Shown in pieces: positions 15,973 to 32,944 of a stretch of 64,000 nucleotides of DNA. The notes beneath the pieces are model-generated. The model made no database searches. It saw nothing but the letters and a program-made list of their open reading frames with translations, and was not told the DNA's origin. The DNA is from the human T2T-CHM13v2.0 reference genome, Homo sapiens. A program made the translations under genes and the position numbers. Each line of letters opens with the position of its first letter. Positions within the stretch are counted from its first letter, which is position 1. The DNA is taken from NCBI RefSeq assembly GCF_009914755.1, contig NC_060931.1. One strand, 5' to 3'.

Positions 15973-16264
15973 AACAGTTTTGCTCTGTCACTCAGGCTGG
16001 AGTGCAGTGGTGCTAACAGAGTTCACTGTGACCTCAAACCCCTGGGTTCGCTGCTTCAGCCTCCTGAGTAGCTAGAAATGCAAGAGGCCACCACCATGCC
16101 TGGCTATTTTTTTTCTGGCTTTTTTTTTTTTTCTTTTTTTTTTTTGTAGGCACCAGGCCTTACTATGTTGTCTAGGCTGGTCTCAAACTCCTGGCTTCAA
16201 GTGATCCTCCCACCGCAACCTCCCAAAGTGCCGGGATTACAGGCATGAGCCACCGTGCCTGGCC
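15973..16264 (-). mobile_element. AluJ-like element
   Basis: Diverged Alu: caggctggagtgcagtgg ... ctcaaactcctggcttcaagtgatcctccc ... gagccaccgtgcctggcc. Confidence 0.9.
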
Positions 16265-17269
16265 TTGACTTTTATCGTGAATAAAGCTGTTAAAAATAAA
16301 ATATTAGAAAAGTCACAAATAATAATTCAAAGTTTCAGGAAGAATTAAACCATATTTAGGTAGTATCTATAATTGATTAAAAGAGAAAAGCAGAGCCAGG
16401 AAAACTAGTGGAGAATCTATCATAGCAATCCAAGTATGGAGTAATGAGTTCTTGGAATGTGGTGTTAGTGGGGAGAATGAAAAAAAGAAAAAACAACTGT
16501 GTTGATTCACAAAGCACTTGAAGGAAGACAGGACAGTATGGAGCTTGATGAGTCATAGGTTAAAGTCAAGATGACTGGGAAACAGTGACTCACATCCACT
16601 TAGGTTGATCAACTCTATGCGCTTCTTTAAAGTGTTTTTCTCTTAGTGGGTTACCAACAAGTGAGGAGCTTTGTACCGTGATGCCCTGTTAACTTTGCTT
16701 CTTACTCTGAAATGTGATTGTCTTTTATAATGAGAATGGTGACTTTATTAATTTTTGTGATGTCACCATCCTTGTTGTCCAGGTATACAAGCATACTTTT
16801 GAGGGTTGACTTATAGGCAATCATGGATTACTTGATTCTGTTTTTTTCCAGCCCTTACTACTCTTCCCTGACTATTCACTGAGGGGGAAGAAAATAGTAG
16901 AAGGAGATTATGGGGTTTCATGCAATAAGGGATTTCATATATTTTCAGATGTTTAGTTACATAAGGTATACGCTCTGTGTTCACAATTCCTAACTGGGGA
17001 AAGTAAGGACTTTACTTAGACTTAGGCCACCTCCCACTCTTCCCCAGTCATACGTAATTAATTCTCTTTAATTATTTCCTTTGATTATTTCTTTATTACA
17101 CATTTTTTTCTTAGTTTGATGCATAATTGCAGTTACTATCATTAAGTTTTGAGTCCTCGGGGAGATTATTTACACCTGGAAGCCAGACTTTTAGGGCGGC
17201 TTCTCAAAATTTTTTGGAAAGAGATGGAGAAAAGGAAGGAAGAGAAAGAGAAAAATAACTTGTATGTAG

Positions 17270-17655
17270 GGAGATGCAGGTATGTGTATATATATATACA
17301 TATACATAAATACACACACTTATACATGTGGTCAAAGAGAAAAGAAAACTTGACTAATTATTATGAATTACACATAGTTAACACACTACAATGTGTGTGC
17401 ACGCACACACACACAGATGTGTGCAGATGCAGACATCAGGAGGTCTGCATCAGGAGATGCATCAGGAGATGCAGATATGCATCAGGAGATGCAGGTATGT
17501 GTATATATATATACATACATATATACATATACATAAATACACACACATATACATGTGGTCAAAGAGAAAAGAAAACTTGACTAATTATTATGAATTACAC
17601 ATAGTTAACACACTACAATGTGTGTGCACACACACGCACACACACGCACACACAC
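17270..17655. repeat. Local tandem duplication (~145-170 bp unit) with low-complexity junction
   Basis: Near-identical blocks begin ggagatgcaggtatgtg at 17270 and 17485; both contain ggtcaaagagaaaagaaaacttgactaattattatgaattacacatagttaacacactacaatg. Confidence 0.93.
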
Positions 17656-17990
17656 AGGGCGCCTGTCTGGTAAAAGACTGAGAAATTATCTATTATGAAT
17701 GTTTTATTTTTAAAGTGTATGCATATATCTATGGTATTGACAATGTTAGAGAAATGACAGTCTTTTTGTTGCCTTTTGCTAGTTCTGGACATAAGAAGTT
17801 TCCTCCTTGAGCAACATAGTGTTGTTTTATCAGAAATGAAGCTGATAGTGAAGTGATAAATCATTTTCTGTGGAACTGATGCTTCAGCCAAGAGAAAATG
17901 ACAATGAGGTAGAGCTGAGTTGTTGGGGTGAGTGAACTATAGCATATTCCTAAAGCACTACAGCTACCCAGTTCTATTTATTTGTGAGTA

Positions 17991-18278
17991 CAGTTGGTCC
18001 TTGGCATCTAAGGGGAATCCATTCTAGAATCCCTGTGGATACCCAAATCTTGAATGCTCAAGTCCCTTAAATAAAATGGGATAAAATGGGGTCGTATTTG
18101 CAAATAACCTACACACATCCTCTTATATACTTTAACTTGCCTCTAGATTACTTATAATACCTAACACAATGCAAATGCTGTGCAAATGTTAGTTCTAAAA
18201 CTTATATATGTATATTTAATACTTTGATCTGCAGTTGTTTGAATCCTCAAATGCAGAATGCAGGTATGGAAGGACAGT
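17991..18278 (+). mobile_element. MER2 (TcMar-Tigger MITE)
   Basis: Matches recalled MER2 core atgctcaagtccctta..., ctctagattacttataatacctaa; TA before the 5' end. Confidence 0.8.
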
Positions 18279-18722
18279 TATATTCATGATACAGCTCCAT
18301 ATTTTCTGTGTATATAGATACCATTTGATGTGGCACAGTTTGTCTCTTTTATGGACTCTATTTTGTATTATCTTGCTTACTGTTAAATAATTTAAGGCAG
18401 AATCATGTTTTATTCGTTTTGAAGTTCTGAGCAGTGATTAGCTCAATCTCTAGACTGTAGCAGCTATTTTTATATATTAAGTAAACAGAGTTAAATGAAC
18501 CATGCTGTATAAATTAAATTTTATATGAAGTATATACATTCAATATGTGTCCTATCAAAAGTTTGCATGTTTTCTGTTTCTTTTCTTCTTTTCATTGTTT
18601 TTGATCAACAGGTACTGGATACATTTCTCCAACACTGAGATCAGTGTTAGAAATTTTGAAAATTGACTGAAAAAATATTAAAAAACTCACCAAAACATGG
18701 CACCCACTCTCAAAGAAATAAC

Positions 18723-23147
<4,425 letters not shown>

Positions 23148-26014
23148 AAAAAAACAATTTTCATGTCACATAATGTCAACCCTATCTCAATTTTATTTGC
23201 CTGATGAGTTTCTACTTAGAAAGACTATTTGTCTATATCTAGTTTTTCACAGTAGTATCATTCTCTATAAAGAGTAGAAATCTGAACAATTTTTTCTCAG
23301 AATTGAAACATTTGCCTCCATCTGTCATTTCTACTTTCATTCTTTATTTAATCTCTCTCTATTTAAAATAAAGATGCAATTAAATTATATCTTTAAATAC
23401 TAACATGAAAAGTAGAATGATAAAAATTCAGGAGAAGTGATGGACGATATGACAATCCCTAAAACCTACCTAAACTGTGAACGTCCAAGAATGTTTGTTG
23501 TATGGGTCTGCACTATTTTTGTACCTAAAATTTATTAACAGTTTGAAGAAACAATTTGGAATATCTACTCTGTCAACAATTAAGAAATATCTCATGATAT
23601 TTGAGGTTGTATTACTATACAAATTTTACTGTTGTAAAGATGTTAAAAGCTAACAGATTCTGGTCAGATACTACTATATTACAGATGAGGTAACACTGGC
23701 ACAAGCCCCAGTGATAACAAAGATCATTTGCAAGGTAAAAGAAGAACTTTGAACAGAACCCCAAATTCATGACTCTCGTCTAGTGTGGGGATCTTTGTAT
23801 TGTGCTCTGCTTCTAAACATGCCATGTAATATATTTTACTATTTCATTGTATATGCCATATATCTTTATTGTCACAGCAATTGTAACACAATTGGATAAA
23901 TACAGCTTTGTCTACCTGCACTAGTTGAGGTTACAAAAAGGAACAACATTTTAAGATATTCATTTATTTCATTCATTCAGAGACATTCAGAACACCTACT
24001 CTGGGCCAGGCACCATGAAAGTTACAGAAAGTATCCTGAAATGAAAGACAGACATGGCCCTGACCTCTAAGAGCTGAGTAGCTTGTGCACTGTTTTTACA
24101 CCCTCCAGCTCCATGGAAGTGCATCAAGGATCATGCCTAAAACTGAAGAAGTTTCCACAGACCCATAAAAAAATTTTAAAGTGATTCATTTATTGACATT
24201 TATCTGTTTCACACATGGTCTTAGGTAGAATTTCACTTGAAGAAAGAGTTCTAAATCTAGCCCAGTGGAACTGACTAACAGAAAACAGAAAAAGTATATT
24301 TGGAATAAAAGGGGAATACATCGCCATGCATCTCCTATAATAAATATTGTTTTCTCTAAAATATAAATGTATTGTAAACGCATTTCTTATTTCTTTATCT
24401 GTTCCCATTTTCAGTGTTTATCCCCACAGATATTTTTAATAACTTTAATAAGTTTGATACTAACTTGATCATCATGTTGAAAAAGAGCTACTTCCCTATA
24501 AATGCAAAGGTTTTGCATTTAAAAAATGTTTATTCTTGAAGTGATGTGATAATTTTATTTTGCAGTTGATACAATATTATATTTACTTACAAAATTAAAC
24601 TTTTGCTATTTGGCATTTTGAATTAATCACGTGAGTGGAATAAATGACTACTGGCTGGAGCAACATGATCTAGATTATGACGTGACTTTAGAACACGGTA
24701 CTCAGTTGGAGTCTTCTGATTAGGTATCTTAGATTTAATGATCATGTTATTAATGCTACCGAAGTGCAGAGGTCTGTCTCTTTTGTTTTCTGCTATTGCA
24801 AAATTTGATTTCATTGTAGTACTGAGACATAAATACCCTGCTTTTCTAGAGAGCATTTCTTGGCTGCTTAAAGTCACTCAGACTTCAGCCTATGACCCTA
24901 TAATGCTATCCAAGGCACTTAAAAATCACGCAAAAATTCACAGCTCTTGTAGCAACCAGCTGAATCTCAAAGATTCCTCAGAAAACAAAAAGTCATGTTG
25001 GGTTCATATTAAGAGTTTAGGTTATTTGGTTGATGTACAACTAGCTAGATATAATAACTTAATTTGTCAAATGGCTCCAAATTTCATTTCATTTATATCT
25101 TATAGAATTTGGAGACTTTCGGAAGTTTATCAAAACTTTTGCTTCTATTACAGGGCCATTAAAAATAAGAGCTCTGCAATGAGCTCATGATGAAAATGTG
25201 TTCATCACAACTAAAGTTGCTAATTCTTTTACCTATGTAGACTGTATTCTGTTGTTGAGAATATGAGCAAGAAGCTTCCTGTTAGAAAAAAGAGAGAGAA
25301 ACTTTTATTTCATAATGTAGTCCTCTGGAAACATGGGATTTCTGCAAATATCTACTAAAAATTTAGAAATAACATTTAAGGAATGGTAGAATAGTAAGTA
25401 ACATGTTTAAGTAAATAACTTTGGAATATTATAACTATATTCTTGTAAAGATTTTACTATGCATTCAATATCATGAGCTCATAATATGTAAATGTATTCT
25501 GCTGTTAATATGCATTCACAGCATATGTGGATAATGGTTCCAAAGGAACTGTTATAAGATATGCTCTGAATATGTATGAAGAATAATAGACACATGTTAT
25601 GGGTTCAATATATAGTAATGGTCCAAAGGCAGAATACATGGTTGTTAATCCTCATTCACTAAAAATACTGAAGCAACAAAAAGAGATAAGTTATGGTATA
25701 AGTTTAAATACATATTGAATATACAACACAAACTTAGCAAGCCTTTATGACTTCATCGATACTGCACAGTAATGCAATGAGTAGTATTTTATTGCAGATC
25801 ATTAGCTAGTCCATAAATGTAGATGTTATATAGATTGAATAATATAACTCACATTTTAATAAAATGAAACACTTGGAAAATATGTACACCTGTAATCTAT
25901 TGATTGATGCATAGGCTTGGTAAGTCTGTTTCTGTCATAGAGGAATAAACCTCTAAGAGACTGATCATTCCACAGATTATAGCTAAAAATTTTAGAGAAA
26001 ATACAGAATAACTA

Positions 26015-26363
<349 letters not shown>

Positions 26364-26849
26364 TTACAAACTTTGGACTGAAGGTGGAAAGTTGAAACTC
26401 CAAGAAAAAGCTCACGGTCTTTCTGGACTAAAAAATAAAAATGCAGAGCTCAAGTGGTCACTGCCATGAGAAAACGAAGGATAATCCTGAAAAGAAAACA
26501 GCCAGAGAAGTGAAAGACCAATTCCTCTTAGAAGTGATACACCTTGGAGGGGTATTAATTCTGCCCACGTTTCTGAACCATGCATCAGGACAAAAAACAA
26601 ACAAACAAACAAACAAAAAACTGAACTAAGATTTGGGATTCCACAGGTGAGGCAGTGTTTGCAGTTTCAATTCAAATCATGTTAATTGCCTACCAAAACA
26701 GAAATATCAACACTATTCAAAGGAATATGATAGAATCTAGAGTTTCCACAACATAACATTCACAATATCCAGAATATAATCTAAAATTATTTGACATAAA
26801 AAGAACCAGGAAACTGTGATTTTCTCAAGAGAAAGACAATCAACAGAGA

Positions 26850-27620
26850 CTGTATTAGTTTCCTGTTGCTGCATAACAAATTATACAAATTTAACCACAT
26901 GAAACAATATATATTCATTATTTCTTAGTTCCTATGCCCAGGAAACTAGGCACAGCTTAACTAAATCCTCAGTTCAGAGTTACAAGGATATAATCAAGGT
27001 GTTCAGCTGTGCCGAGTTCTCATCTAGAAGCTTTACTGGGGAAGAACCTGTTTCTCTAGCTCATTCCAATTGTTTGCAGAATTTATTTGTATGACTGTGG
27101 GCCTGTTAAGCTGTCCTTTTGTTGCTATACCTAAGACTGGGTAATTTATAAAGAAAAGAGGTTTAACTGGCTTACAGTTCTGCAGGCTGTGCAAGAAGCA
27201 TGGTGCTGTCATCTGCTTCTGGTGAGGGCCTCAGGAAGCTCCCAATTATGGTGGAAGGTGAAGAGGGAGCAGGTATATCACATGGAGGTAGCAGGAGCAA
27301 GAGTGAGAGTGGTGGGGGGTGCCACACACTTTTTAATAACCAGATCTTACAAGAACTCACTATCACAAGAACAGCAACAAGCTATGAGGGATCTGTCCCA
27401 TGACCCACACACCTCCCACCAGGTCCCACCTCCAACATTGGCAATTACATTTTAACATGAGATTTGGGGGAACAAATATCCAAACTGTATCAGAGGGCTC
27501 CAACTTTTTACTAACTATCAACAGGAGGCCACTCTCAATTCCTAGAGGCTTCTAACAGTTCTTGGAGGCCACCTGCCACTCCTTGCCACATGGGCTTATA
27601 CAGTATAGCTTTTTACTTCA
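26850..27620 (-). mobile_element. MLT1-family MaLR LTR, interrupted by an MST LTR
   Basis: tgtattagtttcctgttgctgcataacaaatta start; sequence resumes after 27492. Confidence 0.65.
27104..27492 (-). mobile_element. MSTA/MSTB MaLR solo LTR
   Basis: gactgggtaatttataaagaaaagaggtttaactggcttacagttctgcaggctg ... catgagatttggg...atccaaactgtatca. Confidence 0.88.
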
Positions 27621-27679
27621 TCAATAATTTATAGAATTATAAAGAGAAATAAATCAATCTATCATCACAGTAGAATATT

Positions 27680-28113
27680 GGATCTGGTATTTGAATTTAC
27701 CCTACTTATGAGAAATTAGCCAACTACTGTTTCATGGATGCTGACTGAAAATACAAGGCTCTTGGGTCAGAAAAAAAGGAATTATTTTTCATGGCAAGCA
27801 GCATAAGCATTAGCATACTTCTATCAGTTCTCTTTGCCCCCAAGTCTCATGAGGGAAACAGGATGGGCTCAGATGGGTGCATAATGTATCTCAGAAATTC
27901 AGACTGGGGAAGCCACTGCTTTTATTACAAGCAGTAGGTGAGTACGCAGCTTTTCTGGAGGCTGGGGGATGGCACTTTTTCTCTCAATGCTATCAGTGAC
28001 ATTAACAACCCCCAAAAATGGCCCAGGTAAAAGAAGGATCAGAGCTTTGCAGTATTGGCACACCCAGCAAAATACATAGGAATGCAAGAGGTCCAAGGAG
28101 AACTGTATCTCAC
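27680..28113 (-). mobile_element. ERVL LTR (LTR40-like)
   Basis: tttaccctactt...tgtttcatggatgctg...gggtcaga resembles the reverse complement of a recalled LTR40 3' end; ends in ctcaca. Confidence 0.55.
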
Positions 28114-28386
28114 AAAAGATATTTTTAGCACCACCTTCTCAGAAATTTATAGAAAAAACTACACAAAATATCAGTAAACACACAGAAGATCTGAAAAATA
28201 TTATAAAATTTGAACGAACTGATATTTACAATACAAAATATTAAGTATAGCACTCATGGTATGTTTACTAAGAGCATTTGCAGGGCAGTTAAGCAAATCA
28301 CAATATATTTAAAAGAAATTAAATTATGCAAGGTATATTCTCTGAGCGGAGTAAAATCAAGTTAGAAATTTGCAACAATAAGGTAT

Positions 28387-28935
28387 TTTACTAGTCAGGG
28401 TTCTCTAGAGGGACAGGACTAATAGAATAGATGTAGATATGAAGGGGAGTTTATTAAGGAGTATTGACTCACACAGACATAAAGTGAAGTCCCACAATAG
28501 GCCATCTGCAAGCTGAGGAGCAAGGAAGACAGTCTGAGTCCCAAAACCTCAAAAGTAGAAAAGCCAACAGTGCAGCCTTCAGTCTGTGGCCAAAGGCTCC
28601 AGAGCCCCTGGAAAACCACTGGTGTAAGTCCAAGATTCAAAAAGCTGAAGAACTTGGAGACTGATGTTCAAGGCATGAATCATCCAGTGAGGGAGAAAGA
28701 TTGAGGCCAGAAGACTCAGCCAGTCTAGTTCTTCCACATTCCTCTGTCTGCTTTTATCTTAGCTGTGCTGGCAGCTGATTAGATGGTGCCCACCCAGATT
28801 GAGGGTGGGTCTGCCTCTCTCAGTCTAGTGACTCAAATGTTAATCCCCTTTGGCAACACCCTCACAGACACGCCTAGGAACAATATTTTGCATTCTTCAA
28901 TCCAATGAAGTTGACACTCAATATTAGCCATCACA
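28387..28935 (-). mobile_element. MLT2A-family (HERV-L) solo LTR
   Basis: agtcagggttctctagagggacaggactaatag ... gttgacactcaatattagccatcaca. Confidence 0.9.
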
Positions 28936-29710
28936 GATACCCAGGAAAACCTTGAACATTTGTAAAATAACAACTCACTGATAAATAATTCATGGGTCTT
29001 AGAAGACATTGCAATGAAAATTAGATAATATTTTTAACAGTGATATTGAAAATACAATATGTCAAACTTGGTGATACAGAGCTAAAGCAGTGTTTAGGGG
29101 GAAAATAATGGCTTTAAATATTTCTATGTGAGAAGAAGAAAGTTCCAAATCAATGATGCACCTTAAGAACCTAGAAACAGTAGAGCAAATTAAACCCATT
29201 ATGCATAGAAAAAAAAAGAAAAATATAGAGTAGAAATCAATGAAATAGACCAGCAACCAAGAAAATTTTAGAATTAAAAAGTGGATTCTTTAAAAGGAAC
29301 AATAAAATTGATAAGCCCCTACTAGACAGAACAAGAAAATACAGAAAGATAGAGAGTGTGGGTAATATCAAGAACAAGTGATGGATTATCATGGCATATC
29401 CTATGCATATTAAAAGAGTAACAGGAGAATGTTAACGATAACATTGTGCCAAAAATTTTAACTTCTTGAAATACAGTTTACCAAAACTGACACCAGATAA
29501 AACAGAAAATCTGTGATCTCAGTGCAGGCAAAATTTTCTTAGAAAAGACATACAAATATACAATAACACTTCAATAGAGTTTTTGAATAAAATGCAGACT
29601 TGGGAAGTAGATTCTTGGTACTATATTTGTTTTCTAACCATAGAGCTTTAAATACATGCATTAAGAAAACTCTAGAGAATATCACAGAAAGGTTATGATG
29701 ATTAAACACA

Positions 29711-30079
29711 CTATGGAAGGAAGCTTCTGATATGGTTCCCAATGATCCCCACCACTTACTATTTACCCCCTCATGCGATCTACTCTTCTTTAGGGTAGGC
29801 TACACCTAGTCACCTGCTTCAAACCAACAAATATGACAAAAGTGATGAGATATCACTTGTGTCTTCAGGTGTCTTCTCCCTTGCTCACACTCTTTCTGGC
29901 ACTCTCTTGCCCACTTTCTCACTTGCTCTGATGAAGCTACGTGTCACGTTGTGATATTTTATAGAGAGGTACATATAGCAAGAAATTGCATGAGGCCTGT
30001 AGTCAATAACTTATGAAAAACTGGCACCTTAGTCCAACTATGCATAAGAAAGCATTATGTCAACAATCTCATAGGTGAG
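29711..30079 (+). mobile_element. MLT1F/G-like LTR 5' part, cut off by the HERV-L insertion
   Basis: atggttcccaatgatcccc ... aatatgacaaaagtgatgagatatcactt. Confidence 0.6.
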
Positions 30080-30617
30080 TGTATTAGTCAGGATTCCCTG
30101 GAGGGACAGAACTAATAGGATATATATATCCTATTAGTATCTATCTATATATATATCCTATGCTTTTATATATATATCCTATATCTATCTATATATATAT
30201 CCCCTATATATATACATAAACTCCCATACATATATATATATATGTATATATGTATTAACTTACACAATCGCAAGTTTCCACAATAGGCTATCTGCAAGCT
30301 TGAAGAGCAAGGAGAGACAGTCTGAGTCTTAAAACGGAAATACTTAGAGTCTGATGTTTCAGGGCATGAAGCATCCAGCATGAGAGAAAGATGTAGGCTG
30401 GGAGGCTAGTCCAGTCTAATCTTTTCATATTTCTGCCAGCTTTAAATTCGCTGGCAGCTGATCAGATTGTGCCCACAGGATGAAGGGTGGGTCTGCCTTC
30501 CCCAGCCCACTGACTCAAATGTTAATCTCCTTTGGCAACGACCTCAGAGACACACCCTAGGTCAATACTTTGCATACTTTAATCCAATCAAGTTGACATT
30601 CAGTATTAACCATCACA
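30080..30617 (-). mobile_element. MLT2A1-like 3' LTR of a HERV-L provirus
   Basis: tgtattagtcagg ... cagtattaaccatcaca with internal (TA)n tract; abuts a minus-strand polypurine tract (aaggggtggact). Confidence 0.9.
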
Positions 30618-32690
30618 AGTCCACCCCTTTCTCTTTCTTTTTTTTTTTTTTTTTTGAGATGGTGTCTTGCTCTTGTCACCCAGGTTGGAGTGCAAATGGT
30701 GCGATCTTGGCTCACTGCAACCTCCGCCTCCCTGGTTCAAGTAATTCTCCTGCCTCAGCCTCCTGAGTAGCTAGGATTACAGGTGCCAGCCACCACACCC
30801 AGCTAATTTTTGTATTTTTAGCAGAGGCAGGGTTTCCCCATGTTGGCAAGGCTGGTCTCGAACTCTTGACCTCAGGTGATTCTTCCGCCTCGGCTTCCCA
30901 AAATGCTGGGATTACAAGCATGAGCCACTGTGCCTGGGCAAGTCCACCCCTTTTCAACTTGAACCCATACACAACTCCTGAGATCACATATAATCTTCAA
31001 ATAAAGACAATAATGTCATAATTATGCCTAACATAATACAACTGTCCTTTGTACAACCAGAAATGGACCAATCCCCAACCCAAATGCTATTACATAAAGT
31101 TAACAATATTTAAATGCTGATATGAAGTCAATAAATCTTATGTCACATGATAAAGGAAAAGAAAATAAAATGAAGATATTTTCTTAGTACAAGTGTATAC
31201 ATGGACAAACATATTTTTAACAAAAGAAGGTGGAAATACTCATGACAGTTACAGTCCTTGGTTCTGCCGCTGGTCACGTGGTCATCGTTGGTATTGATGA
31301 CTACCTTCTTTTACTACCCATTCTGTATTCCCTTTGCCTTTAGCAAGCACCTCAGCAGATCACGTTTTTTTTTTTCCTGGTGGAGTGACCCAAACCTTCA
31401 ATCCTCAGGGGTCTGGACCATTTGTAGTCCTTCCTCGATTGCGCTATTGTAGTTTCCCATTGACCTTAATCATAGGACATGGTAATACTAAGAGATGCCC
31501 TAATGGATCTCCTGTATTCCATGTATACTCTTCCTTATCTTCGTTATGGAGTAGTAGACTGATTTCATCTTGATAGTCCGGGTCAATCACCCCAGCCAAC
31601 ACTGTAACTCCCTTCTTAGTCTGTTGACTTAAACGTAGGAGGAGCCCAAAGTGTCCGGGTGGCCATCTTAACTTCCAGTTTAATGAAATCGTTGTTGTGT
31701 CTCTTGGTGGCAGCGTTCCTCCCTCTGGAGCTTAGACCTCTAGGCCAGCAGAACGTAATGTTGTGGGAATAGAAAGCAAAAATTTTGCTAGTGGATCACT
31801 AGGGATGATGGTGAGTGGTTCCACTTCCACTTCCACTCCTTAATTCCTAGATCCATTAATCCTGGCTATGAGAGAAACAGTACCATATATTGGATGCTGA
31901 TTCAGAGCATACACGGCCTTCTGGAGAACTTTGCCCCAGCCCTGCAAAGTATTGTCACCTAGTTGGCATTATAATTGTGATTTCAAAAGGTCTTTCCTCT
32001 GTTCTACCAATCCAGCTGCTTCAGGGTGATGGGGGACATGGTAAGACCAGTGAATTCCATAAGCATGAGCCCACTGCTGCACTTCTTTAGCCATAAAATG
32101 AGTGCCTTGGTCAGAGCCAGTGCTGTGTGGAATACCATGACTGTGGATAAGACATTCTATGAGTCCATGGATGGTAGTCTTGGCAGAAGCATTGCGTTCA
32201 GGATAGGCAAACCCACATCCAGAGTAGTAAGTGTCTATTCAAGTGAGGACAAACTTCTGCCCTTTCCATGTTGGAAGAGGTCCAGTACAATCAACCTGCC
32301 ACCAGGTAGCTGGCTGATCACCCTGAGGAATGGTGCCATATCGAGGGCTCAGTGTTGGTCTTTGCTGCTGACAAATTGGGCACTCAGCAGTGGCTGTAGC
32401 CAGGTCAGCCTTGGTGAGTGGAAGTCCATGTTGCTGAGCCCATGTGCAACCTCCATCCCTGCCATCATGGCCACTTTGTTCATGGGCCCACTGGGCAATG
32501 ACAGGGGTGGCTAGGGAAACAGGCCGACTGGTGTCCACAGATCAGGCCATTCTATCCACTTGATTATTAAAATTCTCCTCTGCTGAGGCACTCGTTGGTG
32601 AGCACTCACATGGGATATAAATATCTTCACAGTTTTTGACCACTCAGAGAGGTCCATTCTTATACCTCTTCTCCAAATTTCTTTGTCACC
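30618..32690 (-). mobile_element. HERV-L internal fragment: end of pol, integrase and dUTPase pseudogenes
   Basis: ORF 32239-32538 has the integrase HHCC finger (WAHEQSGH...CPIC) and WQVD. Manual minus-strand translation near 31567-31593 gives GVIDPDYQD (dUTPase motif III). In-frame stops are present. Confidence 0.9.
30631..30938 (-). mobile_element. AluS inserted at the HERV-L polypurine tract
   Basis: Full Alu; target-site duplication caagtccaccccttt at 30616-30630 and 30939-30953. Confidence 0.95.
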
Positions 32691-32784
32691 ACCTTGCGAT
32701 TGTGTAAGTTAATACTTAATAAACTCCCATATATAGATATATAGATATATCTATATATGGGAGTTTATTATATAATATATATAT

Positions 32785-32944
32785 AAATGCTGATACTCTG
32801 GCTACTGCTATCACTGTGATTAATAAACTCTTCTTTGTCTCTGACGGCAGTCTCTTGTCTTCTGCTAACGTCCATGCAACTATGACAGGTTATCTTGTTA
32901 GCTTGCAAGTAGGTAAAATCTCAGATGCTACATAGTTCCTGACA
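32785..32944 (+). mobile_element. ERVL LTR 3' end (LTR40-like)
   Basis: aataaa, then cttgttagcttgcaagtaggtaaaatctcaga...cctgaca. Confidence 0.55.

Noticed and set aside
15516-16075. ORFs with FLPS/FLSF repeats
   Set aside because: They are translations of tetranucleotide microsatellites
17149-17681. ORFs with a repeated peptide (YMWSKRKENLTNYYELHIVNTLQCVC)
   Set aside because: They result from the local DNA duplication and CA/TA repeats
24738-25190. 150-aa ORF in apparently unique DNA
   Set aside because: No recognisable homology, promoter or splice structure; plausible by chance, though not tested by search
32026-32514. 162-aa plus-strand ORF
   Set aside because: It is the antisense frame of the HERV-L integrase
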